Sequence record: SRR20825006_1712
Length of the DNA stretch: 52,122 nt
Direction: 5' to 3' (one strand)
Shown in pieces: positions 29,744 through 38,688 of this stretch. Numbering within the stretch: position 1 is the stretch's first letter; every line of letters starts with the position of its first letter. Made by a program: the position numbers and the translations under genes. The notes beneath the pieces were generated by a model, which saw only the letters and a list, made by a program, of their open reading frames with translations, was not told the origin of the DNA and did not search any database.

Positions 29744-30420
29744 AAATATCTGAACGCCCAGCGCCATTTTATACTAAACGACTGTACCCCGAGTTTTGAT
29801 GTAAAAGATAGCAATTCGTTTTTTGTAAAAGCGCGTTCTATAGAAATTAAACCATCGTGTCGTGCCATTTCGCTTCTCATAAATACACGACTATACGCCT
29901 GAAACAATCGATATGCAATCGTACTTCGCTGTAAATCATTGATCACTACTCCTAAGTTAGCCAACTTTAAAAACTGCGCTAGAAACTTTAAAATTTCAGC
30001 ATCATTAAAGTGGTGCATGGTTAAGGTTGAAGTGATTATGTCTATTTCCAGATGGGTTTCATTCAGCTTAAAAACATCTTGAACTTGAAACGACAGCTCC
30101 AGAAAATCTTGTGAGCGTTTTTGTGCTAAAGCAATACTTTTAGGATTGATATCAATCCCTATCAATGTTACAACAATAGAGCGTTGTCTGGCAAAGTTGG
30201 CGATGCTGCGCAGCATTGCTCCGTCGCCACATCCTACATCGAGAATGGTGTAACTTTTTTGTGGAAACCGATCAAAAAAATAGCGTAACCCTTCCAAAGT
30301 GACTTGCTGACCACCCAAGTATTTATTCACCCGAGTCACTTCTGCCAACGCGTCTTTTAAAGTAGCTTCATCCACGTTGGGGTCGTCCATCAATTCCGGG
30401 GTTAACTTACGAGACTTCAA
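29719..30420 (-). CDS. SAM-dependent methyltransferase
   Basis: ELMDDP, ILDVGCGDG, GIDIN, TMHHF, NDLQR, HDGLISI.RAF. Confidence 0.9.
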   Translation of the reverse strand: MKSRKLTPELMDDPNVDEATLKDALAEVTRVNKYLGGQQVTLEGLRYFFDRFPQKSYTILDVGCGDGAMLRSIANFARQRSIVVTLIGIDINPKSIALAQKRSQDFLELSFQVQDVFKLNETHLEIDIITSTLTMHHFNDAEILKFLAQFLKLANLGVVINDLQRSTIAYRLFQAYSRVFMRSEMARHDGLISIERAFTKNELLSFTSKLGVQSFSIKWRWAFRYLWILENQK

Positions 30421-31541
30421 ATTTTTAAAGGTTTTCCGTGGGTTGTTTGAATGAGTTTTTGTGTCACTTTTGGCAGGTGTTTTAGCACTTGTATTCCTGT
30501 GGATGTAAGCGCATCGTTTTGCAACGCATGCTGCAGCAGGTTTCCGGCAAGCAAGCGATTGGTAAACGTACGCTTCCAGAGCCGCTCATAATGTTGCTCT
30601 AGTTCGCCACGAGACCAATCTTGATTCGCGTACTCACAAATACATTCTGAAGCTAATTTAGCCGAAATAACCGCCATCGCCATTCCGTTTCCGCATAAGG
30701 GATGAATAAGTCTAGCGCTGTCGCCACACATCAACATATGATTTTCTACGCTCGGTTTTGATTGAAAAGCGATCTGACTGATACTTACCGGTTGATCAAA
30801 AAGAGATTCTGATTGGGAGAAAAACTTACTCAAATGCGGATTTTCACAAAGCACCTTCTGTTGAAAGTCTTCAATATTCTTACAAGGCTTGAATGCTTCG
30901 GTACGGGTTAGATAGCAGACATTTATTTTATGATCTTCCACCCTAGAAATTCCGCAGTAACCTCCTTTAAAATTATGCAGACTCACTTGATCTGAACGAA
31001 TTTCCCCAGCATAGTGGGCTTTAACCGCCAACCAATTATTCTTAGAATTTGTGAAATTTCGGTCCAGTTTAAAGTCTAAATTAGAACGCTTTCCAAAGGC
31101 GCCAATTACCAAATGAGCTTTAAACTCTTGCTGATGTTTAGTTGAAATAGAAAATGTATTTTCAGCAAAATGAACATTCTCAACAGTCTGAGCGATCAAG
31201 GTGCATCCTAAACTAAGGGCATATTCTAAAAGATGATGATCAAGTTTAAAACGACTGATCCCAAAACCTCCCAACGGCAGTTTAATGTTGAGCGATTTTC
31301 CGTTTACAGCAGATAGCGCTAAATGATCAATTGCGACCGCGCCCATCTGAAAAGGATCAAAACCCAAATAGTTCCAATACGGTAAAATTTCGTTAGAGAG
31401 GTATTCACCGCAAACTTTGTGTTTTGGGTAGTGCTCTTTCTCAAAAAGCAAGACATCAAATCCAGACTTGCGCAAATGAATTGCGGCAGTTAAACCGGCC
31501 AGTCCTGCACCAATAATTGCTATGTTAAACGACTTTTTCAA
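30417..31541 (-). CDS. FAD-dependent oxidoreductase/monooxygenase
   Basis: GAGLAG, KVCGEYLS, GD.A..IHPLCGNGMAMA. Confidence 0.88.
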   Translation of the reverse strand: MKKSFNIAIIGAGLAGLTAAIHLRKSGFDVLLFEKEHYPKHKVCGEYLSNEILPYWNYLGFDPFQMGAVAIDHLALSAVNGKSLNIKLPLGGFGISRFKLDHHLLEYALSLGCTLIAQTVENVHFAENTFSISTKHQQEFKAHLVIGAFGKRSNLDFKLDRNFTNSKNNWLAVKAHYAGEIRSDQVSLHNFKGGYCGISRVEDHKINVCYLTRTEAFKPCKNIEDFQQKVLCENPHLSKFFSQSESLFDQPVSISQIAFQSKPSVENHMLMCGDSARLIHPLCGNGMAMAVISAKLASECICEYANQDWSRGELEQHYERLWKRTFTNRLLAGNLLQHALQNDALTSTGIQVLKHLPKVTQKLIQTTHGKPLKI

Positions 31542-31600
31542 TCGAGATTCAAATTACGATTTAAACAACATCAGGACAAGCCTAGGACGATTAGGCATAT

Positions 31601-31635
31601 AAAAAAACTCCTTACATCAACCAATGTAAGGAGTT
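31601..31635 (-). terminator. Intrinsic terminator after the OmpA-family gene
   Basis: AACTCCTTACAT-caacca-ATGTAAGGAGTT with an A7 tract on the left (U tract on the minus strand). Confidence 0.8.
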
Positions 31636-31679
31636 CTCTCAATTAAGCATCCTAAAAAAGGAATCTTAGTATAAGCTTT

Positions 31680-32381
31680 TTAATTTTCACCTGCTTCTTG
31701 CTTAGCTTCGTTTACCATCTCTTGGTTAGGTACGATTGCTAAAGTTACACGACGGTTTTTAGAACGTCCTTCTGCAGTGTCATTAGTATATTTTGGTTGC
31801 TCTTCACCATACCATTGCGTAGTAAAACGACCGGAAGCAATCCCTTGCGTTACTAAATAGTTAGTAACCGCTTGAGCACGGTTTTTAGAAAGCGTCATGT
31901 TATAATCTGCAGAACCGGTACTATCAGTATGCCCAACTACTAAAACATTGGTTTGGGGATATTCTTGCATTACGCGCGCAAGACCATTTAAAGTTTCTTG
32001 AGATGCGCTGTTGATGTCATATTTGTTGGTTGCAAAATACACCCCACTATTCTCATCAAAATTCACTACGATACCATCATCTACACGCTCCACTTCAGCC
32101 CCAGGAATTTCTTCCTCGATACGTTGAGCTTGTTTATCCATTTTTTTACCGATCACGTTACCGGCAGCACCACCTACAACACCACCTATAACAGCTCCTA
32201 ATTCACCACCGTCACCTTTTTTTCCAACATTATTACCAATTACAGCGCCTAAAATAGCACCACCGGCTGCACCAATTACAGTACCTTTTTGTTGATTATT
32301 TGCATTTCTTGTGGCCTCACATCCCGTTAGCATCGTGATAGCGATCGCAAGTACCGAAACATTTTTAAGTATATTTTTCAT
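31680..32381 (-). CDS. OmpA-family lipoprotein with glycine zipper (YiaD-like)
   Basis: Lipobox LTG-C; Gly-zipper; GHTDSTG, N..LS..RA..V..YL, NRRV. Confidence 0.93.
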   Translation of the reverse strand: MKNILKNVSVLAIAITMLTGCEATRNANNQQKGTVIGAAGGAILGAVIGNNVGKKGDGGELGAVIGGVVGGAAGNVIGKKMDKQAQRIEEEIPGAEVERVDDGIVVNFDENSGVYFATNKYDINSASQETLNGLARVMQEYPQTNVLVVGHTDSTGSADYNMTLSKNRAQAVTNYLVTQGIASGRFTTQWYGEEQPKYTNDTAEGRSKNRRVTLAIVPNQEMVNEAKQEAGEN

Positions 32382-32466
32382 AATTGTTTTATTGATTATT
32401 TATATAAAAATATGCTTTTAGCTTGAAGTTTTAGGTTCAATCTAAAAGCATATCAATTTATTAAAC

Positions 32467-32952
32467 TTATTCAGAGATTTTAGAAAAGTTCATTACAATC
32501 GTAAATGGTTTTCCATCTACTTGAACCGTCTGCGTAAAGGTTAATTCGTTATCAGACAAATAGTTGATATTTAAACGAAAACCGGCATTGTTCATTGTTG
32601 ATTTCATTTTCTCATCTGTGGGCTTTAGCAAAATATCATATGAAGTTGCACTCTCTTGAGCGGGAATACTCCATACAAAATAGCGTTTGCCTAATGCACA
32701 GCTTCCATCGGTAATTTCATAATTACCAAAGTTGTTATTTGGGATAAACCTCCAGGTACTTCCCACCATACATTCAGATGAAGCATCGCCAAAAAGCGTC
32801 ACATCGTAAACTCCCGGAGCGTTGTTGTAATTGATATTATCTAAATTCCAATAACCTTTAAGGGTTTTTCTAGATTGTTTTACAACTTGATCGCTGCTTC
32901 CGCAAGAGACCAAAAACACACTCAAAAGTAATACTGTGATAATCCGTTTCAT
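32467..32952 (-). CDS. Lipocalin-like lipoprotein
   Basis: Lipobox LVS-C; 'LKGYWNL' G.W motif; beta-rich; upstream of the OmpA-family gene. Confidence 0.7.
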   Translation of the reverse strand: MKRIITVLLLSVFLVSCGSSDQVVKQSRKTLKGYWNLDNINYNNAPGVYDVTLFGDASSECMVGSTWRFIPNNNFGNYEITDGSCALGKRYFVWSIPAQESATSYDILLKPTDEKMKSTMNNAGFRLNINYLSDNELTFTQTVQVDGKPFTIVMNFSKISE

Positions 32953-32978
32953 AAATTAAATATTGATTAAACTAAGTT

Positions 32979-33137
32979 TTATCTAAATAGTCTTGAAAGT
33001 AAACTAATCAAGAATAAAACGATAAAAATGAAGAAAAGTATTTTAGCAATACTTTCTGCACCAGATGCGATTCCACCGAATCCAAAGATTGCTGCTACGA
33101 TCGCAATAATGATAAATATAACTGTCCACTTCAACAT
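32979..33137 (-). CDS. DUF1328 (UPF0391/YtjA-like) small membrane protein, absent from the ORF track
   Basis: Manual translation [52 protein letters not shown] (52 aa). TATTTTTG -7 motif at 33176-33169. Confidence 0.9.
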   Translation of the reverse strand: MLKWTVIFIIIAIVAAIFGFGGIASGAESIAKILFFIFIVLFLISLLSRLFR

Positions 33138-33283
33138 AATTTTTAAGATTTATTGGTTAGTAATAGTCCAAAAATATAGAGAAGCCGCAGTGGATTTTTT
33201 AGAATTAATAGTGTTTAACTTTGCGCTGTTAAAATGCGTTAAGGAATAGTTTACGCTCTTTTGATTCCGATAAAATTTTAACA

Positions 33284-35284
33284 TTAATACGCGAGTAATG
33301 CTTTGATACTCTCTGCCAATTTGCGCTTTGCCAGGTACTGATTTTCAAGAGGCTGCGCAAAAGGTATGGGCGTATCTAAACTTGATAATCGCTTGATCGG
33401 GGCGTCTAAATAAGTGAAACACTCATCTGCAATGTAGGCCGAAATATCAGCAGTTATGCTTCCGAAGTTTACATCTTCGGTCACCAATAAAACCTTCCCT
33501 GTTTTTACTACGGAAGCTTTAATCGTATCATAATCTAATGGAATCAAACTACGCAAATCTATGAGTTCAACAGACCAATCTATATGATCATTCAAAACTT
33601 CTATCGCCCAATGCACCGGAGCGCCGTAAGTGATGAGTGTAATTTTTGAGCCTTCCTGCACCATCGAAGCTTTCCCCAAAGGCAAGGTGTAATAGTCTTC
33701 AGGAATCTCCTGAGTAATGGTTCTATACAACGCTTTATGCTCAAAAAATAACACAGGATTCTGATCTTCTATTGCCGCTGCGAGTAAGCCTTTGGCATCA
33801 TACGGAAAAGCGGGATATACGACTTTAAGGCCGGCCGTATGGGTAAACCACGCTTCGTTAGTCTGACTGTGAAACGGTCCTGCCCCTACTCCGGCTCCAC
33901 AAGGCATTCTGATCACCACGTCTGCCGGTTGGCCCCAGCGGTAATAACTTTTGGCCAAATAATTAACGATAGGATTAAAACCACTACTCACAAAATCTGC
34001 AAATTGCATTTCTACAATGGCTTTGTAACCATTAATGGCCAAGCCCATTGCGGTCTCAACGATTGCCGACTCACAAATAGGAGTATTTCTGATGCGTTCT
34101 GTACCAAATTGCTCCACAAAACCTTCAGTAATTTTAAACACACCGCCGTATGCTGCTACGTCTTGCCCCATTAAAACGAGATTCGCAAAACGCTCTAAAC
34201 TTTGACGAAGTCCTAATTGAATGGCATCTATAAAGCGAACCTGTTGTGTAACCTCGCCGGGTTTTATTTGCGCAAATTCAACTGGAGCAAAAACATCGTT
34301 GAGTTCGGTATGTAGATCAGCATTTACAGCTGGTTCTGCAGCAACCTTTTGCAAAGCTTGTTCAATTTCTTGATGAATCTTATCCTCAATCTCGTGCTTT
34401 AAAGCTTCGGTTAACAAGCCTTTTTCTATTAAATACGATTCGAAATTAGTCACAGGATCGCGCAATGCCCAAGTGTCTAATAAGGCTTCCGGTACATATT
34501 TAACACCACTCGCCTCCTCGTGCCCGCGCATTCTAAAGGTTTTAAATTCGATCAAAACCGGTCGTGGTCGCTCTCTTACTGATTGCGCAATAGTGCTGAG
34601 CTTTGTATACACTTCAAGAATATTGTTGCCATCTACAATGTGACTTTCCATCCCATAACCTTTGGCTCGATCTGCCAGATGCTCACAGCGATATTGCTCT
34701 GATGTGGGGGTGGAAAGTCCGTAACCGTTATTCTCGATACAGAATAACACCGGTAAATCCCAAACTGATGCTACATTTAAAGCCTCGTGAAAATCACCCT
34801 CGCTGGTACCGCCTTCGCCCGTAAAAACGGCAGTGACCTTTGCTTCATTGCGCAACTTGTGGGCTAAAGCGATTCCGTCTGCGACTCCAAGTTGTGGACC
34901 CAGATGCGAAATCATACCCACTATTTTATAGTCTTGCGTTCCAAAATGAAAACTGCGGTCTCTGCCTTTAGTAAATCCATTAGATTTTCCTTGCCATTGA
35001 CTAAAAAGCCGATCTAGCGGAATTTCCCTGCTCGTAAAAACCCCCAGATTGCGATGCATAGGTAAAATATATTCATCGCTATGCAACGCCAAGGTCACAC
35101 CAACCGCAATCGCTTCTTGCCCAATTCCACTAAACCATTTAGAAATTTTTCCTTGGCGTAAAAGAATCAACATCTTTTCTTCAATGCCTCTTGGTCGCAA
35201 CACATGCTCATACAGTTTTAATAAAGTCTGGCTGTTCAAATCATAAGACTGTAATGCGTGCTGCAGGTTTTCTTCTATATTCAT
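33284..35284 (-). CDS. 2-oxoacid (probably branched-chain) dehydrogenase E1, fused alpha/beta subunits
   Basis: GQEA, GEGGTSEGDFHEALN, ENNGYGLST, GQDV..YGGVFK, EMQFADF, GPFHSQ. Confidence 0.92.
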   Translation of the reverse strand: MNIEENLQHALQSYDLNSQTLLKLYEHVLRPRGIEEKMLILLRQGKISKWFSGIGQEAIAVGVTLALHSDEYILPMHRNLGVFTSREIPLDRLFSQWQGKSNGFTKGRDRSFHFGTQDYKIVGMISHLGPQLGVADGIALAHKLRNEAKVTAVFTGEGGTSEGDFHEALNVASVWDLPVLFCIENNGYGLSTPTSEQYRCEHLADRAKGYGMESHIVDGNNILEVYTKLSTIAQSVRERPRPVLIEFKTFRMRGHEEASGVKYVPEALLDTWALRDPVTNFESYLIEKGLLTEALKHEIEDKIHQEIEQALQKVAAEPAVNADLHTELNDVFAPVEFAQIKPGEVTQQVRFIDAIQLGLRQSLERFANLVLMGQDVAAYGGVFKITEGFVEQFGTERIRNTPICESAIVETAMGLAINGYKAIVEMQFADFVSSGFNPIVNYLAKSYYRWGQPADVVIRMPCGAGVGAGPFHSQTNEAWFTHTAGLKVVYPAFPYDAKGLLAAAIEDQNPVLFFEHKALYRTITQEIPEDYYTLPLGKASMVQEGSKITLITYGAPVHWAIEVLNDHIDWSVELIDLRSLIPLDYDTIKASVVKTGKVLLVTEDVNFGSITADISAYIADECFTYLDAPIKRLSSLDTPIPFAQPLENQYLAKRKLAESIKALLAY

Positions 35285-35505
35285 ACTTTAAATTTATACA
35301 ATGCCTGTGCTTTGAAAAATAATTGTTTTTCGACTGAGGCTTATATTTCACCTAAACTTCACCTGCTTTTATATATTTCGCCACTAAAATTTAAATTATA
35401 CATAAATGATAGTGAGCGACTTATATTTTAAGGATTGTTTAAAAATTGGAGCCGTAAATATTTAATATCTTTACATATTGCAAACATTGAATGTACCTCT
35501 AAATT

Positions 35506-36456
35506 ATGAATAATATACCCAGCGTTAACCTCGCAGACTTTTTAAGTGAAGACCCGGTAAAGAAGCAAAAATTTGTTGATGAGATTGGTAAAGCTTACGA
35601 AGAAATAGGATTTGTTTCCTTAAAAAATCATTTTCTTGATGACTCTTTAGTCGAAGCTTTATATAGTGAAGTAAAATCCTTTTTTGACCTTCCCGAAGCA
35701 ACAAAACAGAAGTATGAAATTGACGGTCTTGGTGGCCAGCGCGGTTATATCTCCTTTGGAAAAGAACACGCTAAAGGCAAAAAAGAAGGGGATCTAAAAG
35801 AATTTTGGCATTTTGGTCAAGAACCGGATGCTGATGCTAATTTGATCGAAGAATATCCTGAAAATGTTGAAGTCAAAGAACTAGAAAACTTCAATAAAAC
35901 CGGGATGGAAGCGTATAAAATGCTTGAAAAAACAGGAATTTACGTATTACGCGCTTTGGCCCTTTACATCGGTTTAGACGAGTTTTACTTTGATAAATGG
36001 GCAAGAAACGGCAATAGTATTTTGCGCCCTATACACTATCCTCCCATTACTGAAGAACCTAAAGGCGCTGTGCGTGCCGGTGCACACGGTGATATCAACT
36101 TAATCACATTGTTGATGGGTGCCTCAGCAGGTGGGCTGCAAGTTTTGAGAAATGATGGCGAGTGGATTGATGCCATTCCTAACGAAGACGAACTGGTGAT
36201 CAACGTGGGTGATATGCTGGAGCGTCACACCAATAATAAATTAAGATCCACAATTCACCGCGTTACCAATCCGCCTAAAGAGCAGTGGGATACACCGCGT
36301 TATTCCATTCCGTTTTTTATGCATCCGCGCAGTGAAATGCCATTGAATTGTTTAGAGGAATGTGTTGATGATGCTCATCCAAAAGCCTATCCTGATATTA
36401 CAGCAGGCGAATTTTTACACCAACGTCTTGTTGAAATAGGCTTGATTAAAAAATAA
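35506..36456 (+). CDS. 2OG-Fe(II) dioxygenase, isopenicillin N synthase family
   Basis: HGD...H facial triad (GAHGDIN, STIHRV) and RYS motif. Confidence 0.9.
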   Translation: MNNIPSVNLADFLSEDPVKKQKFVDEIGKAYEEIGFVSLKNHFLDDSLVEALYSEVKSFFDLPEATKQKYEIDGLGGQRGYISFGKEHAKGKKEGDLKEFWHFGQEPDADANLIEEYPENVEVKELENFNKTGMEAYKMLEKTGIYVLRALALYIGLDEFYFDKWARNGNSILRPIHYPPITEEPKGAVRAGAHGDINLITLLMGASAGGLQVLRNDGEWIDAIPNEDELVINVGDMLERHTNNKLRSTIHRVTNPPKEQWDTPRYSIPFFMHPRSEMPLNCLEECVDDAHPKAYPDITAGEFLHQRLVEIGLIKK

Positions 36457-36460
36457 TTGA

Positions 36461-36793
36461 ATGGACTTACAAGACCAGCTCAAAAATTTATTTCCTGATC
36501 ATGAACCCGAACCGGATCAACACGAGGAAGATCCTAATGATCTAGGGATCTGGATGCAAGAAGATCCGCTACTGTGTAAATATGAAAAACGCAAAGGAAA
36601 GCCCATTACCATTATTGAAGGCTATACCGGTGCCGATTCAGATTTTAAAATTCTGTCTAAAGAGCTCAAAAAAATGTTAGGCGTAGGCGGAAGTTTTAAA
36701 AAAGAACAAATAATAATTCAAGGAGATTATCGCGATAAAATCATGACGTTTTTAAAAGACAAGGGTTTTAAAGTGAAACGTGTAGGCGGCTAA
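36461..36793 (+). CDS. SUI1/YciH-family translation initiation factor
   Basis: RKGKPITII.G, LK..LGVGGSFK, IIIQGDYRDKI. Confidence 0.9.
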   Translation: MDLQDQLKNLFPDHEPEPDQHEEDPNDLGIWMQEDPLLCKYEKRKGKPITIIEGYTGADSDFKILSKELKKMLGVGGSFKKEQIIIQGDYRDKIMTFLKDKGFKVKRVGG

Positions 36794-36809
36794 TTAAGAA
36801 CCCTTTCTT

Positions 36810-37745
36810 ATGAAAAAAAACACATTGCATATCACCAATGGTGACAGTCTTACTGATCGTTTAAACACGCTAGATTTAGACGGTGATCTGGTTATTTGGC
36901 GTGAAATGCTTTGTGAAGGCCCTACGGTTGAAAAAGTAGGTTCTCCTGAATTTATCGCAGCGCGAAAGAAATTCCTTAAGGAAACCTATAAAATCTCTGA
37001 AGCAGACTACGAGCAAAAATTTGTGAGTCAGTTGAAGAAGCTGAATGCAATCAACGCGTACGATGAAGTGATTCTCTGGTTTGAGTTTGACTTATTTTGT
37101 CACATCAATATGCTGGCTGCGATAAGTTATCTTATTCAGCACAAGAGCGCTATGCCCATTTATATTGTGTGTAGCGGTTGGGTAAAAGGACAATCCCAAT
37201 TAAAAGGTCTTTCAGAGTTGACAGATGAGCAGCTTTTTATGCATTACGATAAGAAGATTAGACTAGCTCCTGAAGATCTAAAAATCGCGCATCACATCTG
37301 GCAGTTGTATTGTGATGAGAAACCCATTGAACTTAAAGCAGAGATTAAAAAAAGCTCTAATTTCAAATATTTGTCCAGCTGCATCAGAGCACATATTGAA
37401 CGTTTTCCTAACAAGAATACCGGTCTCAACACCCTTGAGACTAATATTTTAAAACTTATAGATCTACATGATATTACTTCTAAGCAGCAACTTTGCGGTT
37501 TTGTCTTAAACTATCAAGGCTATTACGGCTACGGCGATATGCAAATCAGTAGAATGATCAAGGCGCTCAAGCCCTTTTTTAGAATGCACGAAGGCAAATT
37601 AGTTTTAAGTACCAAAGGTAAAAACGTGCTGGAAGGATCTGAGAATTATTATGACATCGTAAAAGACCAATCTACCTACGGCGGAACTCACAAATATTCC
37701 TTTTTATACAATCCTGCAAGTCACGAACTTTTAAAATACAGCTAG
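36810..37745 (+). CDS. DUF1835 domain protein
   Basis: LHITNGD, WREMLCEGP, LWFEFDLFC, GYGDMQ. Confidence 0.75.
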   Translation: MKKNTLHITNGDSLTDRLNTLDLDGDLVIWREMLCEGPTVEKVGSPEFIAARKKFLKETYKISEADYEQKFVSQLKKLNAINAYDEVILWFEFDLFCHINMLAAISYLIQHKSAMPIYIVCSGWVKGQSQLKGLSELTDEQLFMHYDKKIRLAPEDLKIAHHIWQLYCDEKPIELKAEIKKSSNFKYLSSCIRAHIERFPNKNTGLNTLETNILKLIDLHDITSKQQLCGFVLNYQGYYGYGDMQISRMIKALKPFFRMHEGKLVLSTKGKNVLEGSENYYDIVKDQSTYGGTHKYSFLYNPASHELLKYS

Positions 37746-37746
37746 A

Positions 37747-38619
37747 ATGAAGCTAGCCCCTTCTGAATTTATACTCAATGAAGATGGTAGCATTTATCAC
37801 CTTCACCTCCTACCCCATCAAATCGCGCAAACCATAATCACCGTTGGAGATCAAGATCGGGTGGATACGATTACACAACATTTTGACAGCATTGAATGTT
37901 CTGTTCAAAAGCGGGAGTTTAAAACCACAACCGGTGTTTATAAAGGAAAGCGAATCACGGTTATTTCAACGGGAATTGGCACAGATAATATTGATATTGT
38001 ATTAAACGAACTAGATGCGCTTGTCAATATAGATTTTAAAACGCGGATGCTTAAACCTGAGCATACCGCACTGCAAATTATTCGGTTGGGTACTAGCGGG
38101 TCTATACAGAAAGATATTCCGGTTGATGCAGTTTTGTTAAGCGAAAAAGCTTTAGGCTTTGATGCTTTACTTCATTTTTACCAAAGCAAAACCGTAAGAG
38201 ATCAAGATCTTGAACAAGCTTTTGTTGCTCATACCAATTGGAATGCGGAAAAAAGTATTCCATATGCTGTTTCGGCAAGTGCTTCCCTCTTAAAGCATTT
38301 TAAAACAGAAGCACATTATACAGGAATCACAGCTACTAATGTCGGATTTTATGGTCCTCAAGGCAGACAACTTCGATTAAAAACCGAAGACAGCACGCTC
38401 AATAATAAGCTAGAAACCTTTGAACACAAAGGAGAACGCATTACCAACTTGGAGATGGAAACTTCAGGGATTTACGGCTTGAGTAAACTTCTAGGGCATC
38501 AGGCACTTTCTGTAAATGCGATCTTAGCCAACAGAGCTACCGGTGTTTTTAGTAAAAATCCTGCCAACACCGTAAATCAGATGATCATCGCCGCGTTAGA
38601 CCGTATTGCATTGCTCTAA
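37747..38619 (+). CDS. Nucleoside phosphorylase (uridine phosphorylase-like)
   Basis: SIYHLHL, VGDQDRV, STGIGTDNIDI, RLGTSG, GFYGPQGR, NLEMET. Confidence 0.9.
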   Translation: MKLAPSEFILNEDGSIYHLHLLPHQIAQTIITVGDQDRVDTITQHFDSIECSVQKREFKTTTGVYKGKRITVISTGIGTDNIDIVLNELDALVNIDFKTRMLKPEHTALQIIRLGTSGSIQKDIPVDAVLLSEKALGFDALLHFYQSKTVRDQDLEQAFVAHTNWNAEKSIPYAVSASASLLKHFKTEAHYTGITATNVGFYGPQGRQLRLKTEDSTLNNKLETFEHKGERITNLEMETSGIYGLSKLLGHQALSVNAILANRATGVFSKNPANTVNQMIIAALDRIALL

Positions 38620-38688
38620 CCTCTTTTAACAAAAGCTTAATTCAGACCGTTAAGGGCTTTCGTATTTTTGAAGAAAACCTATCAAAAT

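Noticed and set aside
33028-33249. 73-aa plus-strand ORF in the track
   Set aside because: Antisense shadow of the DUF1328 gene at 32979-33137.
35285-35505. Possible ncRNA or riboswitch in the larger intergenic gaps (also 26611-26832 and 42665-42837)
   Set aside because: AT-rich promoter-like DNA with no recognisable conserved RNA motif by eye. An Rfam/Infernal scan would be needed to exclude one.
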